This document shows, one piece after another, positions 1 to 14,346 of a stretch of 64,000 nt of DNA (position 1 is its first letter; each line of letters opens with the position of its first letter). The notes under the pieces are model-generated. The model did no database searches, had not been told where the DNA came from, and saw only the letters and a list, made by a program, of their open reading frames with translations. The translations under genes were made by a program, and so were the position numbers. This DNA is from Hypanus sabinus (lineage: Eukaryota): positions 148,614,001 to 148,678,000 of the forward strand of contig NC_082712.1 in NCBI RefSeq assembly GCF_030144855.1, in the 5' to 3' direction.

Positions 1-1754
1 CATTAGCGACTTTGGAGATATGGCATAGAGCTTTTAAAAATTTGGCCAGGTGTGATAAATGTCCTAACATCTAAATACAAAAGAAAATCGCATCTTCTAA
101 TGTCACAGGAATGGAGTTAGGCCCAGAATACTAACATACTGTGTCACAAATACTTTATTTACTTAGTAGAGAACTCTTTTCTTAGTGCCAGTGTATTTTC
201 CTTAGGTTACTCTGAAAAGAAATATAAAAGTACCAGATCCCAAAAAATAAATACCAGCACATTCACCTTTAACCATATCCTGCAATGTAAAATCAAGAAC
301 TAACTGAATGCAACCTTTGGAGTCTTTATATATATGTTCATTATAGTAGTATATTGGCATCAAAAAGCTGGAAAGAGGTTCTTAAAAGTAATGTGCACAC
401 AAGTTGATGTTATTACTCTATTGAAGGACTGAAAAAAATGTGACTAAGAAAAAAACCAAATATCCTTTATTGCACGAGGACAATGCAAATTTAAATTGTT
501 CTCAGCTGAAATCTGATTTGGTAATGGGCAATCCACGGTTCTTTTTAGGTAAATTGTATTTTATGACAAATGTAATTGATTAATTTTGTTAAAGTAATGG
601 ATAATCTCATATTGATAGACTTTTTTGGAGAATACGGAGCTGTAATGCAGGATTTTGACTCAGAATACCAACAACTCCTTTCCTATCACAGAAGTTGCTT
701 GACTTGCTGAGTTTCTCCAGCAGCTTGTCTGATGTTCTTTTTTAAAGACACATATGGAATTTATTTCAATTTTGTTGAATACAGTGCTCATAAGAGTCAC
801 AGCGATTAGATGTAATTGTAGTGCAATCTGCAGTGTTAGTTTATCAACTGTTTTTAGCATTTCACTCGGATACAAAGCAAATTTTGAAATTAATCACTAT
901 TCAATAGGTCAAAACCGTCATCAATGTTAATGAATAAGATCAGTGTTTATTCACAGCACCTATTTAATTAAAGGTCATAGAAGATGTTAAGCAGCTCAAA
1001 AGAAAGACAAAATGTTCTGGAGTTACTCTGCAGGTCATTCAGTATCTGTTATGAGAGAAATTGGGTAAATGCCTCGAGTTAAATATCCTTCATTATCATT
1101 TTGTGGATTATTGTAGCTCGTGGAGGATGTTACGATGAACGTGCCTTAGCATGCATTTTGAAAATTCTGTGTATTGAAATGTATTTTGTCAAAATTTGCT
1201 TTGCTTTTTTAAAATAAAGATTTCAAACTTTCAAAGAGTTGGTTACGAGTAATTTGTAACTTACAGCACCAATGATGTATTTGGCATTTCTACAATTCAA
1301 GTGATGTTTTGTGACTGAGAAAGTTGACTGCTAAAACCAGAATACATCTATACCTCGGATCCCTTAGACTCGCAGAGGTCTTACTTGTTATGTCCTGAAC
1401 AGAATTTGCTTTGGGTCTCATTTGACTGCGACTGGTGACCTACAATCACTGTTTTCTTACTGCTACTTGTTGTCTCTTACATTACGATATTGGTTGGATC
1501 CAATACCCATGTTCAGAAAAAAAGACAAAGCAGGGATAGTGGGCATGGGGAACTTTAAACAGGGCAGTGAATCTAGTAAGAATGCTCCTTTACTGCTGCT
1601 GTGTGAATCTATCACAAAATAACCTAGGTTAGGAATTCATTACAAAACTCAAAATTAATTCAAAGCTTGCACTTTATTGTCTCTACCCAAATATTAACAT
1701 AACTACATTGACCCCAGGCCAACTACTTATGTTATGAATGCTGTTGTTCCCTTT

Positions 1755-2212
1755 AGAACCATAGAACATTACAGCACAGAAACAGGCCTTTTGGCCCTCC
1801 TTGGCTGTGCTGAACCATTTTTCTGCTTAGTCCCACTGACCTGCACCTGGACCATATCCCTCCATACATCCCTCATCCATGTACCTGTCCAAGTTTTTCT
1901 TAAATGTTAAAAGTGAGCCCACATTTACCACTTCATCTGGCAGCTCATTCCACACTCCCACCACTCTCTGTGTGAAGAAGCCCCCCACTCATGTTCCATT
2001 TAAACTTTTCCCCCTTTCACCCTTAACCCATGTCCTCTGTTTTTTTTTCTCCCCTAGCCTCAGTGGAAAAAGCCTGCTTGCATTCACTCTATAAATACAC
2101 ATCATAATTTTATATACCTCGATCAAATCTCCCCTCATTCTCCTAAGCTCCAGGGAATAAAGACCTAACTGTTCAACCTTTCTCTGTAACTCAGTTTCTC
2201 AAGTCCCGGCAA
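1755..2212 (-). mobile_element. CR1 LINE 3' fragment
   Basis: Reverse complement of the CR1 ORF2 C-terminus, 3'UTR and (ATGGTT)-like tail; similar to 7400-7800. Confidence 0.75.
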
Positions 2213-2920
2213 TACAAGTTCCTTTGTACCAATACTCACTCAGATCACCACTCCAATTTATTATGCATAAGTAGGGTATCTCCCATTGGCCAAATGATTG
2301 ATCCTTTTTATCCCTGCTCCTGGCGTGGTGGAGGAAGGCCTGCCTTCCCATAGTTAGTCTCCAGATTTCTTGCTGTTCCCCCTCATTCCTATTCTCTTTC
2401 CTTATCAGTTCAAAATGTTGTGTTTTGATTCCGGTCTATCTGGCTAATGTGTGTCAGATTCAATTTATTGCCTTCTTACAAGTAATGACTTGTAATTAAT
2501 GCCTCTTTCTTTGTTCTCCCTGAATCAGACCAGTTGAGACAGATCAGCCAGTTCCTAGACTCAGGTTACCTCAGGTCACAGACAGAGCATGCACATTCAT
2601 AAACATGCATGTTCTATCTTATCAAAGAAATGTTACTAATTCTTATTTGGATATTACCTCGAGTGTTCAGTAGGTTATAAGTAGGGACCTCATTGTGTCC
2701 ACTTTTAAGTGATTTGATCCAGCTATTCCTAAGCACAACCAGTTAACAAAATGGAGGTTGCAGAACAGTCTCACAAAATGGCAACCTCCTTTCCTTTCAC
2801 CACATGGCAAGAATAAAGACATTTAACTTGTCTTCTTCCACTGTCTTTGACTTATTTCATTTAGATGTTTTCTTCCATATTTTGCATGCATGTTTCTTGA
2901 GAATTTTCTAGCAATCACCT

Positions 2921-3143
2921 TGTGGTAAACTACATATACCTGTCTGGACACGCCCCCCTGCTGACTGCTCCTGTGGCTCCTCCCACTGACCGTGGCTCCT
3001 CCCACAGACCCCAGTATAAAGGCGATTGGGGACTCCGCCCCGGCCTCAAGTCTCCAGGATGTAGCATGGTGGTCAATTGCTGCTTGTTCTTTCTTCCAGC
3101 CAATAAAAGCCGATATCTTGCCTCACGTCTCAGAGTTGCATCT
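2921..3143 (+). mobile_element. Solo LTR, ~215-bp family (copy 1)
   Basis: Starts TGTGGT, contains TATAAA and AATAAA, and is flanked by CACCT at 2916-2920 and 3144-3148. Homologous to 27643-27855 and 61063-61279, with a small internal duplication and a 3' deletion. Confidence 0.8.
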
Positions 3144-4219
3144 CACCTTAAGCACTACAAGTTAGATGATTCAATACTTGAACAACGATGAAGGATGAAT
3201 GCTCTATTCCTCTGTTCCTTTAATGACCAGTTCTGCAGTTAGGATCAGGAGTGTGTGATTAAATTATTGGTCTTGTAATTTAAAGGTCTGGATTAAATAA
3301 AAGAAAAGCCCCAATTGTGATAAACATGAAGCTTTCAGGTTGATGTAAAAACACAACAGTTCACTAATAACTACTCTACATGTCTTATCTGTCCTTTGAA
3401 GTAGCCTAGGAAGAAATTTGGACTGGATTAGCTGGATCCTGCAGACACAGCTGCCAAAGTGGATATGAGATAGGTCTGCAGCAGGCAGCTAATACACCTC
3501 TGAGGGCTAAACCTAACTGACCTCATCCTCATCAATCTATGTGTTACAGATATTTCTGCCCATGATTTCCAAACAGTTCTTGTAGAGACAAAGTCTCATC
3601 TGCACACTGAATACACCACTCTGTTGATGGTAGACCATGAGAAGATAAAAGCAGAACTAAGCTATTCTCCTGCCTACTCGATCTTTCAATGATATCATGG
3701 CTAAACCTATACCTCAGTGTTACTTCCCTGCACTGACTTCAGATTCCCTGATTCATTTAATATCTGGACATTTATTGATCTCCGTATTAAATATTCTTAG
3801 TGACTGAACTTCAACAGTTATAGCGTGACTGGAAAAACTTCCAGTACCTGTAATGAGTAACAACAAAGGACCAGTGATAAACTTCCATATCAGGTTGGGG
3901 AGTGATTTGGAAGAGAACCTACAAATGACTGTGTTTCCTTTTAACCTGCTGCCTTATGAGGTACTGTCAGAGCAGACTGGGTGAGCTACTGCAGTGCAGG
4001 TCATTTTGAAGATGGTACCTGCCTGTCACAATGTCCGCAATGGAGGGAACAATTGTTTTGGGTGGTTGATGGGATGTCAATCAAATGGGCCACTGAATAG
4101 GTTGATTTTCTTGAGAGTTGTGGCACTGCACACATCCAGGCATGTAGAGTATTCCATCACACTCCTGGTGTGTGCCTAGTAAATGGAGGAATGCCTGTTT
4201 AGTGCCAGGAAGTAAGCTA

Positions 4220-4525
4220 GTTGTAGAGTTATACAGCACAGAAGCAAGCCAATTAGCTCAACTCGTCCATGCTGACCAAATTGCCTACTTGAGCTCGTCC
4301 CATATATTCCGCTAAACCCTTCCTATCCCTGTCCAAATGTCTCTTACACCTTATAATTTTATCTGCCTCTATCATTTCCAGTGGCAGCTTGCTTCATACA
4401 CCCACTCAAAGGTTTCATACAACCTCTGAAAAATAACCCCCTCAGGTCACCTTTAAATTCTTCCCCTCTCACTTTAAACCGGTACCCTGTAGTTTTAGAC
4501 ACCTCTATCCTGTGAAAGAGACTGT
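4220..4525 (-). mobile_element. CR1 LINE 3' fragment (degenerate)
   Basis: Similar to the reverse complement of the CR1 3' ends elsewhere in the window. Confidence 0.55.
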
Positions 4526-4792
4526 TACTAACAGCACATAAAGATTTTAAAGGACCAGATTTGCTAGATTTTCAGCACATACTATTCTTTGCAGTTTTCA
4601 TCATGATTTGGAATTGTAATGATTAAAAATGGTTTGATTTTGGTGAATGAAAATCAAATTATCAACAAAGGGCAACACAAATTGCATTGTGAATAGGCTT
4701 GGAGGTGTGAGATGATGGAATAAAATTATTAATTGCAGCCTTCCTTGGAAAGCAAGGAATACTTTAAAGATAAAGAAAGAAGCTTGTTTCTT

Positions 4793-7700
4793 ATCTAGTT
4801 TAAATCCACTGGAGCCTCTCTAGGTAGGTTTGCTAGAGAGACTCCAGTGGATTTAAACTAGATTTGAGGGGGTCGGGAACCAGAGTGTAGGAACAGATGT
4901 ATGGGAGAAGGAAGAAAAAGAAGACAGTAAAGTTATTTGTACCGTTAGAGATAAACAGAGAGGAAGAGGTGGAGAATTTCTTAAATGCATTTATTTTAAT
5001 GTTAGGAGCATTGTAAGAAAGGTGGATGAGTTTAGAGCGTGGATTGATACCTGGAAATATGATGTTGTAGCTATTAGTGAAACATGGTTGCAGGAGGGGT
5101 GTGATTCGCAACTAAATATTCCTGGATTTTGTTGCTTCAGGTGTGATAGAATCAGAGGGACAAGAGGGGGTTGTGTTGCTTGTCAGAGAAAATATTACAG
5201 CGGTGTTCTGGCAGGATAGATTAGAAGGTTCATCTAGGGAGGCTAGGTGGATGGAATTGAGGAATGGGAAAGGTGTAGTAACACTTATAGGGGTGTATTA
5301 TCGACCACCTAATGGGGAGTGAGAATTGGAGGAGCAAAATTGCAAGGAGATAGCAGATATTTGTAGTAGGAACAGGGTTGTGATTGTGGGAGATTTTAAT
5401 TTTTCACACATAGACTGGGAAGCCCATACTGTAAAAGGGATGGATGGTTTGGTGTTTGTAAAATGTTTTTCAATACATAGAGGTACCAACTAGAGAAGGG
5501 ACAGTGTTGGATCTACTGTTAGGGAATGAGATAGGTCAGGTGACAGAGATATGTGTTGGGGAGCACTTTGGGTTCAGTGATCACAATGCCATTAGTTTCA
5601 ATATAATTATGGAGAAAGATAGGACTGGACCCAGGGTTGAGATTTTTGATTGGAGAAAGGCTAACTTTGAGGAGATGCGAAAGGATTTAGAAGGAGTGGA
5701 CTGGGACGATTTGTTTTATGGGAAGGATGTAATAGAGAAATGGAGGTCATTTAAAGGTGAAATTTTGAGGGTACAGAATCTTTCTGTTCCTGTTAGGTTG
5801 AAAGGAAAGGTTAAAAGTTTGAGAGAGCCATGGTTTTCAAGGGATATTGGAAACTTGGTTCAGAAAAAGAGGAAGATCTACAATAAATATAGGCAGCATG
5901 GAGTAAATGAGGTGCTTGAGGAATATAAAGAATGTAAGAAGGATCTTAAGAAAGTAATTAGAAAAGCTAAAAGAAGATACGAGGTTGCTTTGGCAAGTAA
6001 GGTGAAAATAAATCCAAAGAGTTTCTACAGTTATATTAATAGCAAAAGGATAGTGAGGGATAAAATTGGTCCCTTAGAGAATCAGAGTGGACAGCAATGT
6101 GTGGAGCCAAAAGAGATGGGGGAGATTTTGAACAATTTCTTTTCTTCGGTATTCACTTAAGAGAAGGATATTGAATTGTGTAAGGTAAGGGTAACAAGTA
6201 GGGCAGTAATGGAAACTATGACTATTAAGGAGGAGGAAGTACTGGCACTTTTAAGGAATATAAAAGTGGATAAATCGCCGGATCCTGACACGATGTTCCC
6301 TGGACCTTGAGGGAAGTTAGTGTAGAAATAGCAGGGGCTCTGACAGAAATATTTCAAATGTCATTAGAAACGGGGATGGTGCCAGAGGACTGGCGTATTG
6401 CTCATGTGGTTCCATTGTTTAAAAAGGGTTCTAAGAGTAAACTTAGAAATTATAGGCCTGTCAGTTTGACATCAGTGGTGGGTAAATTAATGGAAAGTAA
6501 TCTTAGAGATGGTATATATAATTATCTGGATAGATAGGGTCTGATTAGGAACAGTCAACATGGATTTGTGCGTGGAAGGTCATGTTTGACAAATCTTATT
6601 GAATTTTTTGAAGAGGTTACAAGGAAAATTGATAAGGGTAAAGCAGTGGATGTTGTCTATATGAACTTCAGTAAGGCCTTTGACAAGGTTCCACACGGAA
6701 GGTTAGTTAGGAAGGTTCAATCGTTAGGCATTGAAGTAGTAAAATGGATTCAACAGTGGCTGGATGGGAGATGCCAGAGAGTAGTGGTGGATAACCGTTT
6801 GTCAGGTAGGAGGCCGGTGACTAGTGGTGTACCTCAGCGATCTGTACTGGGTTCAATGTTGTTTGTCATATACATTAATGATCTGGATGATGGGGTGGTA
6901 ATTTGGATTAGTAAGTATGCAGATGATACTAAGGTAGGTGGCATTGTGGATAAAGAAGTAGGTTTTCAAAGCTTGCAGAGAGATTTAGGCCAGTTAGAAG
7001 AGTGGGCTGAACGATGGCAGATGGAGTTTAATGCTGATAAATGTGAGGTGCTACATTTTGGTAGGAATAATCCAAATAGGACATACATGGTAAATGGTAG
7101 GGCATTGAGGAATGCAGTGGAACAGAGTGATCTAGGAATAATGGTGCATAGTTCCCTGAAGGTGGAATCTCATGAGGAGAGGGTGGTGAAGAAAGCTTTT
7201 TGTATGCTGGCCTTTATAAATCAGAGCGTTGAGTATAAGAGTTGGGGTGTAATGTTAAAATTTTACAAGGCATTGGTGAGGCCAAATTTGGAGTATTGTG
7301 TACAGTTTTGGTCACCCAATTATAGGAAAGATGTCAACAAAATAGAGACAGTACAGAGAAGATTTACTAAAATGTTACCTGGGTTGAATAAGTTAGGTCT
7401 TTATTCTTTGGAGCATAGAAGGTTGAGGGGGGACTTGATAGAGGTATTTAAAATTATAAGGGGGATAGATAGAGTTGACGTGGATAGGCTTTTTCCATTG
7501 AGAGTAGGGGAGATTCATATAAGAAGACATAAGTTGAGAGTTGGGGGCAAAAGTTTAGGGGTAACACGAGGGGGAATTTCTTTACTCAGAGAGTGGTAGC
7601 TGTGTGGAATGAGCTTCCAGTAGAAGTAGAGGCAGGTTTGGTATTGTCATTTAAAGTAAAATTGGATAGGTATATGGACAGGAAAGGAATGGAGGGTTAT

Positions 7701-7802
7701 GGGCTGAGTGCGGGTCAGTGGGACTAGGTGAGAGTAAGCGTTCAGCATGGACTAGAAGGGTTGAGATGGCCTGTTTCCATGCTGTAATTGATATATGGTT
7801 AT
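4793..7802 (+). mobile_element. CR1-clade LINE, 5'-truncated, near-complete but disrupted ORF2 (endonuclease + RT)
   Basis: ORF fragments at 5022-5219 (AISETWL), 5504-6160, 6307-6537 (NYRPVSLTS) and 6568-7599 (FSKAFDKVPH, GVPQRS, YADD). There are frameshifts, in-frame stops and an ATGGTT-type 3' tail. Confidence 0.92.
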
Positions 7803-7809
7803 AAGCTTG

Positions 7810-8740
7810 GCACAGGTTATTCAGTCTCTGACTTGCTCTTACGTCTCTGCTTCAGATCGGTTTCTGATTGATGATGACCCCCAGTGTATTGATGATGAGA
7901 AATCTGGTGACGGTAGTGCCAGTTTATGTCAATGGTGGGTAGTTAGACTCCTGGATGGTCAGTGTCTGGTTCTTTTATGTCATGATGGCTCTTGCCACTT
8001 ATCCCAAGTACTGTCTAGATTTGCTGCAGTTCTGATTGCCTTGTGTGATGATGAGTTGTGAATGGTGAAATCATCAGCAACATTTCCTCTTCTGACCTAA
8101 TGTTGAAAGAATGATCACTGATGAAAGAGATGATGATGGTTAAAGCTGGCATATAGTCCTGAGGAACGCCTACAGATATGTCCTGAGGTGGGCTGATCCT
8201 ACAACCTCAAACATTTTTCTTTATGTGAGGTATGACTCCATGAGTGTTTTACCAGTTATTTTTGATGCTGCATTCTGTTAAATGCAGTCTTGATAGCAAG
8301 AACAGTGGCTTGCTTCAGGAATTCAGAAAATTGGCCCACGTTTGGACGAAGGTTGTATGAGGTCTGGTTGGAGTGGTTTTGGCAGGGCCCAAACTGAGTA
8401 TCATTCAATTGGGTGCTGGTGAGTAAGTGCCACTTGATAGGATTGTTGATGACAGCGTCCACCACATTGCTGATGACTGAATGTAGACCACATAGGTGAT
8501 AAATAAATAGCTGAGCTGGATTTGATCTGTTCTTTGTGAAGAGAGAAATACCCTGGCAATTGTTCACAATATTGCATAGATGCCAGAGTTATAACTGCAT
8601 AGGAATAATTAACCCGAGGTATACTGTAGCTACTTGGAGCATAGGTCTTCAGTGTTACAACTGAGATGTTGAATGGTCCATAGCTTTTGCTGTATCTGTG
8701 CTCGCAGCCATTTCTTGGAGTGAATTGAATTGGGGAAGAT
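7810..8740 (-). mobile_element. Old degraded LINE fragment
   Basis: Degenerate non-LTR-like sequence between two CR1 copies with no long ORF; recognised by eye only. Confidence 0.35.
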
Positions 8741-10990
8741 ACAGCATGTACAAAAGGGATGGGTTATACCTAAACCCGAGGGGGTCCAAAATCCTTGCAG
8801 GCAGATCTGCTAAAGATGTTCAGGAGGGTTTAAACTAATTTGGCAGGGCAATGGGACCCAGAGTGATAGTGCTGAGGATGAGGTAGTTAGTTTATAAACA
8901 AAGGGAATCTGTAATAAGACTCTTATGACAGTGTAGAATTGCTGTTAACAGAATGTGTGACAACAGAAAAGGCAGACAATATTGAAAAGGGTGAGTACCG
9001 GACTGAAGATGTTGAATGAGCAGTATATAGAATAAGGCAGTTTGACTTGTAGCACAGTGACAGATTGGCATGTATGATATTGTAGGTATCACTGAATCTT
9101 GGCTGTAAGAAGATTATAGCTGGGAGCTTACCGTCCAAGGATACACATTGTATTGAAAGGACAGGCAGGTAGGCAGAGGGGGTGACGTGGCTCTGTTAGT
9201 AAAAAAAATGAAATCAAATCATTAGAAAGAGGTGGCATAGTGTTGGAATGTATTGAATCGTTGTGGTTAGAGCTGAGGAATTGCAAGGGTAAAAAGACCC
9301 TGATGGGAGTTATATAGAGACAATCAAACAGTAGTAAGGATGTGACCTACAAATTACTATGGGAGATAGAAAATGCATGCCAAAAGGGCAACATCACAAT
9401 TGTCAAGGGGAACTTCAATGTGCGGGTAGATTGGGAAAATTAGGTTGGTGCTGGAGGCTGAATTTCTCGAATGCCTATGAGATGGCCTTTTAGAGCAGCT
9501 CATGATTGAGCCCACTAGGGGAGCAACTATTCTGGATTGGGTGTTGTGCAATGAACCAGAAATGACTAGAGAGCTTAAGGTGAAAGAACCCTTAGGAGAA
9601 GTGATCATAATATGATCGAAATCATCCTGAAATTTGAGAAGAAGAAGCTAATGTCAGATATATCAGTATTACTGTGGAGTTAAGGGATTTACAGGAGGCA
9701 TGAGAGAGGAGTTGGCAGAAATTGATTGGAAAACAACACTGGCAGGGATGATGGCAGAAAGGCAATTGCTGGAATTTCTGGAAGCAATTCGGAAGGCACA
9801 GGATATATACATATCAAAAAGGAAGAAGTAGTCTAAAGGCAAAGTAACACAACCGTGGCTAATAAGAGAAGTCAAAGCCAACATACAAGCCAAAGAGAAG
9901 GCTTGTACAGCAGTAATTAGTCAGAAGTTAGAGAATTGGGAAACTTTTAAAAATCACCAGGAAACAACTAAAAGAGTCATTAAGAATTAAAAGATGGAAT
10001 ATGAAAGTAAGCCAGCCAATAATATTAAAGAGGATACCAAAAGATTCTTCAGATACTTAAAGATTGTTAAGAGAGGATTTCAGACCATTGGAAAATGGTA
10101 GAGCTGGAGAACTAGTAATAGGGGTCAAGGAAATGGTGGACAAACAGCCTACAGATGGAATTAGACAGATTAGAAAAATGGACAAATATATAGCAGATGG
10201 AATACAGTGTTGGGAAGTGTATGGTCATGCACTTTGGTAGAAAGAATATACAAAAAAACAGAGGCACAAAGGGACTTGGGAGCCCTTGTGCAGGATTTCT
10301 AAAGGTTGATTAGCAGATTGATGAGGAAGGCAAATGCAATGTTAACATTTATTTCAAGAGGACTGGAATATAAAAGCAATGATGTAATGTTGAGACTTTA
10401 TATAGCACTGGTGAGAACTCAATTGGAGTATTGTGAGTAGTTTTGAGCCCGTTATTGTCAAAAGGATGTGTTGAAACTGGAGGGGTTCAAAGGCCATTCA
10501 CGAAAATGATTCCAGGATTGAATGGCTTGTCATATGAAGAGCATCTGATGGCGCTGAGCCTATGTTCACTAGAATTCAGAAGAATGAGGGGTGACCTCAT
10601 TGAAACCTATTGAATGGCAAAGGCCTTGATAGAGAGGATGTGGAGAAGGTGCTTCCTATGGTGGGAGAGCTCACGACTAGAGTACACAGTCTCAGAATAG
10701 AGGGGCATCCTTTTAGAATGGAGGTGAGGAGGAACTTCTTTAGCCAGAGAGTGGTGAATCTGTGGAATTCTTTGCTGCAAGCAGCTCTAGATGCCAAGGC
10801 TTTATGTATATTTAAGGCAGAGGGTGATAGATTCTTTATTGGTCAGGGCAGGAAGAGATATGGGGAGAAGGCAGGAGACTGGGGCTGAGAGGAAAATTGA
10901 ATCAGCCATGATGAAATGGCCGAACAGACTCGATGGGACAAATGGCCTATTTCTGCCCCTACATCTATTGGTCTTAAGGTCTTATGGTTA
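8740..10990 (+). mobile_element. Degenerate CR1-clade LINE with internal deletions
   Basis: ORF1-end esterase-like segment, endonuclease relics (GITESWL-like), the ORF2 C-terminus (ORF 10610-10888, RNFFSQRVVNLWNSL) and a CTTATGGT tail. Confidence 0.8.
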
Positions 10991-11429
10991 TGTGATGGGA
11001 GCATGATGAATTAGGATCTTGGTCTTCCTGTTTTTACAATATACTTCGGTAAATAATTCTGGTTTAAGAAGCTCAGTGACTACTTACTGGTGGCAGACAA
11101 ACAAAGAACAGGACTAAATACTTTATTAGTAACACTTTTTCTTGCAAAGTCTATGGTAAACCATCACCACAAACAATAGAGAGGTGAGTGCAGGCGAGGC
11201 TGAATCTCGGGTCGAGGCACACAAGTACAAGGCAAAGTCGAGGCGACATCGAGGTTGTTTGAGGCAAAGTTATGGTGAGTGGAGTGGAGCATTCATTCAT
11301 TTAATTTCTTGTACGGTACACATTCCTAAATCCTTTATTTTCTAATGCAGTCTTGAGGCCCATCCACCTAAACTGAGAGCGAGGTTATATCGAACTAAGC
11401 ACCAGGCTGATTTGGAAAGGTCTGGTATG

Positions 11430-11915
11430 AGGTGGCAGGGTTCAGGCATGGCACGTATCAATGTGACACCACCTGTGTCCTAGCGCGAGGAGCAACCTGA
11501 TGTTTGGATGATTTAAACACTAGGCCAGAGGGATTGAAAAGGCAGGTTGTCGGGACAAGCGGCAAGGGTCCGGCTGGTTCTGCTTGCTGCTCAGCGACAT
11601 TTATTTGGCTCTACGCGGAACTGAGGCTGAGGCTGTGGCCTGCACTGGCTCTGCGCTGAACTGAGGCAGAGTTTGAGGCTGTGGCCTGCTCTGGCTGCTC
11701 CAGACTTCGTGTCTATGGACTCATTTTTGTTCTGAATGCTATTTGCTTATTTTTATTGCTTGCACATTTTTTCCCTCTGTACACTGGGTGTTTGACAGTC
11801 ATTTTTAATGGGTTTTTAAATTTTGTTTGTAGCTGTCTGTAAGGAGATGAATCTCAATGATGTGTATTGTATTCATAATTTAATAATAAAAATGTACTCT
11901 GAACTTCGAACTTTG
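11430..11915 (+). repeat. Interspersed repeat family A
   Basis: Homologous to 38835-39490 and 55412-55862. Confidence 0.55.
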
Positions 11916-12999
11916 AAATAATTTAGAGCTCAGTCAATTTGACTGAAGTTTTATGACTTTCAAATAAGCACAGAAAATGCTGGAACTACTCAAAAACCAA
12001 GTCACACCTGTGTAAAGAAAAGCAGAGTTAGTGTTTCACATTGGAGACTCTTTTGGAATTTCATCAGAGGAACATTTTCATCTGCTCAAGGAAGCTTGTT
12101 ACTTTTCAGCTTTTCAGCCTCTTGCTTTGCTGGAATAATAGTAAAGTTGTAATGAATAGCCTGCTATGGAATGGAAACAAGGACACTCACATCAAAGGCA
12201 GTCTTGGCTAAAGGGGCTTCAAATTTCTTCTTCTATTACTTACTGATTGCTTCTGTTCTTGATAATCTCTCATCTTTATTTAGTTCTGGTGGGGTTAGGT
12301 CTTTGGGCTAATGGTTGTTTTGGTTAATCATGGTTATCAACTAGCTGCTGGACCTTTTGTGCTTTTCTATACATCTGTTCATTCGATTAATTGCAATATT
12401 TTTGCTGGACTTCTAGATCTAAGCTTGTCTAACATATTGTGTATGTGCAGAAACTTCCTCTAACTAAATGTTGGGAAGTTTGAATGCTTGGTCTCCCCTA
12501 TATGCCCTGTGCCCTGACCACTGACTCTATCTTCTGGAATCTCTCCTGGTATTATATTCAACTCAAGAATAAATTCCTGACCACATCCCTGCTTTCCTCT
12601 CTCAGTTCCTCAACTGCTGAAACCCTGATTCAAACTTCTCTTATGACTTGACCTTTTCAATGCATCATGATCATCTTAATCCATTATGTCTGTGCTCAAC
12701 GAATATCTCAATTTAAAATAATCATCCTTGTTTTGCTTTCATACCCTACTGGCCTACAGTTCTTCAAGATATATGTGCTCCTATAATTGTGATCTTTTTC
12801 ATAGCCCCAGTATCAATTCCACCTCAATGTGTGAGAATGTGTTTAGATTCCAAGTCACTTGGCTCTGGAAAGCTGTCCCTAATCCTCTCCCCTGCTTCTT
12901 GTTTTGGTCTGTTTGTCACCTTCCAAAATGCTCTAGATAATGGCATGAACTGAATGCTGGCAAATGTAGCGCTGCTGCACTAGAAGTGGAAGAATGTGA

Positions 13000-13640
13000 A
13001 ATTATTCACTTTCGTAGAAAAAAAACAGAAAGGCATATTTCTATTTAAATGTTGATAGACTGTGAAGTCTTGAAATACAAAGGGACCTGCAAATCTTGTA
13101 CACCTGTGACTGAAAGTAAATATGCAGGTGCAGCAGCTAGCTGTTAAGAAGAGAACTTGTGTGATGCCTTTCATTGGCTTTGAGGTTTTGTGTACAGGCC
13201 CTGGTGACCACACCTGGAGTACTGCATACAGTTTTTTGTCTCTTTACCTAAGAAAGATATACAAGGAGCACCATAAATGTTTACTTAAACTTATTCCTGG
13301 GATGGTGAGGCAGTTGTAGGAAGAGACATTTGGTTGATTAGGTTTACATTCACAAGAATTTAGAAGAAAGAGCAGATGTCTCATTGAAATTAACAGAGCT
13401 TGACAAATGGGACACAGGAAAGGTAATTCATATGGCTCAAGAGAGGGGTCTACAACTTGGAGTCACATTCAAAATGCATAGTAAATGACTAGGATTGAGA
13501 TGAGAAACTTCTTCACTTGGAGGCTGGTGAACCTAAGGCATTGTCATCCATAGGAGAATAAGATATGAATATGCCATTACTGAAGAAGGAGATTGACAGA
13601 TTTCTAGATACAAAGGAATGGGAGATTGCAGGAATATGGT
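13000..13640 (+). mobile_element. Degenerate CR1 3' fragment
   Basis: Recognisable relics of RT C-terminal coding (KCEIIHF, QFWSPYL, RRLVNL) with many stops. Confidence 0.6.
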
Positions 13641-13676
13641 ATTGAGCTAAAAAAACAAATTAATGGGATTAGTGTA

Positions 13677-14346
13677 TGTAACGTTCTCCTTCGCGTGTAC
13701 TAATAATGCCGAATTCAACGTCGAGATAAACCACAGTCAATGAGACCAGATCGCAGTAAGAATAACCATTTACTGTTCACTCTTCACATTAACATATGGT
13801 GAAAACTGTTGATAAAACAATACAAGATTGATACAGTATTTGTTCCTTCCTTAATATCACATTTCAATTGTAAATACTTGCAAAGGTGACTATAACTACA
13901 TTACACTAAGGTGCAGTATATAGGCAGAGTTTACCTGCTCCATTGACTACTTTAAATACACTTCAATGCAAACTATCCGCAACTCTTTAACTAACGAAAG
14001 CATAAACATTATCGACCGTCGTTACTTTTAACAGGATTGGCATTAACATCTTAGTTCAATATATCGATTATCTATTAACTTACAGCGTTGCTCTCACTGT
14101 GATTTCTCATGCCTGCAAAACAACTTCTGCTCAGGTATGCCTCGTGGTGAGCCCCCACCCTCGTGTTAATTTCAAACCGGTACTTTCCCACAAGACGCGG
14201 CGAAACCGGATGTGACGTCATCGCATGCCGATATATTTTACATGCAATGAATATATTTTAAACACTTCTAATTCTAACTAGAAAATACTAACAAATGAAT
14301 TACTAAGCGAAAATATAAACTAAATAACTGTCGTAAAGACAGCACA
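13677..14346 (-). repeat. 3' LTR of BEL/Pao element
   Basis: 670 bp, preceded on the minus strand by the purine-rich AAGCGGGGAG (PPT-like, 14347-14356). Confidence 0.95.
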
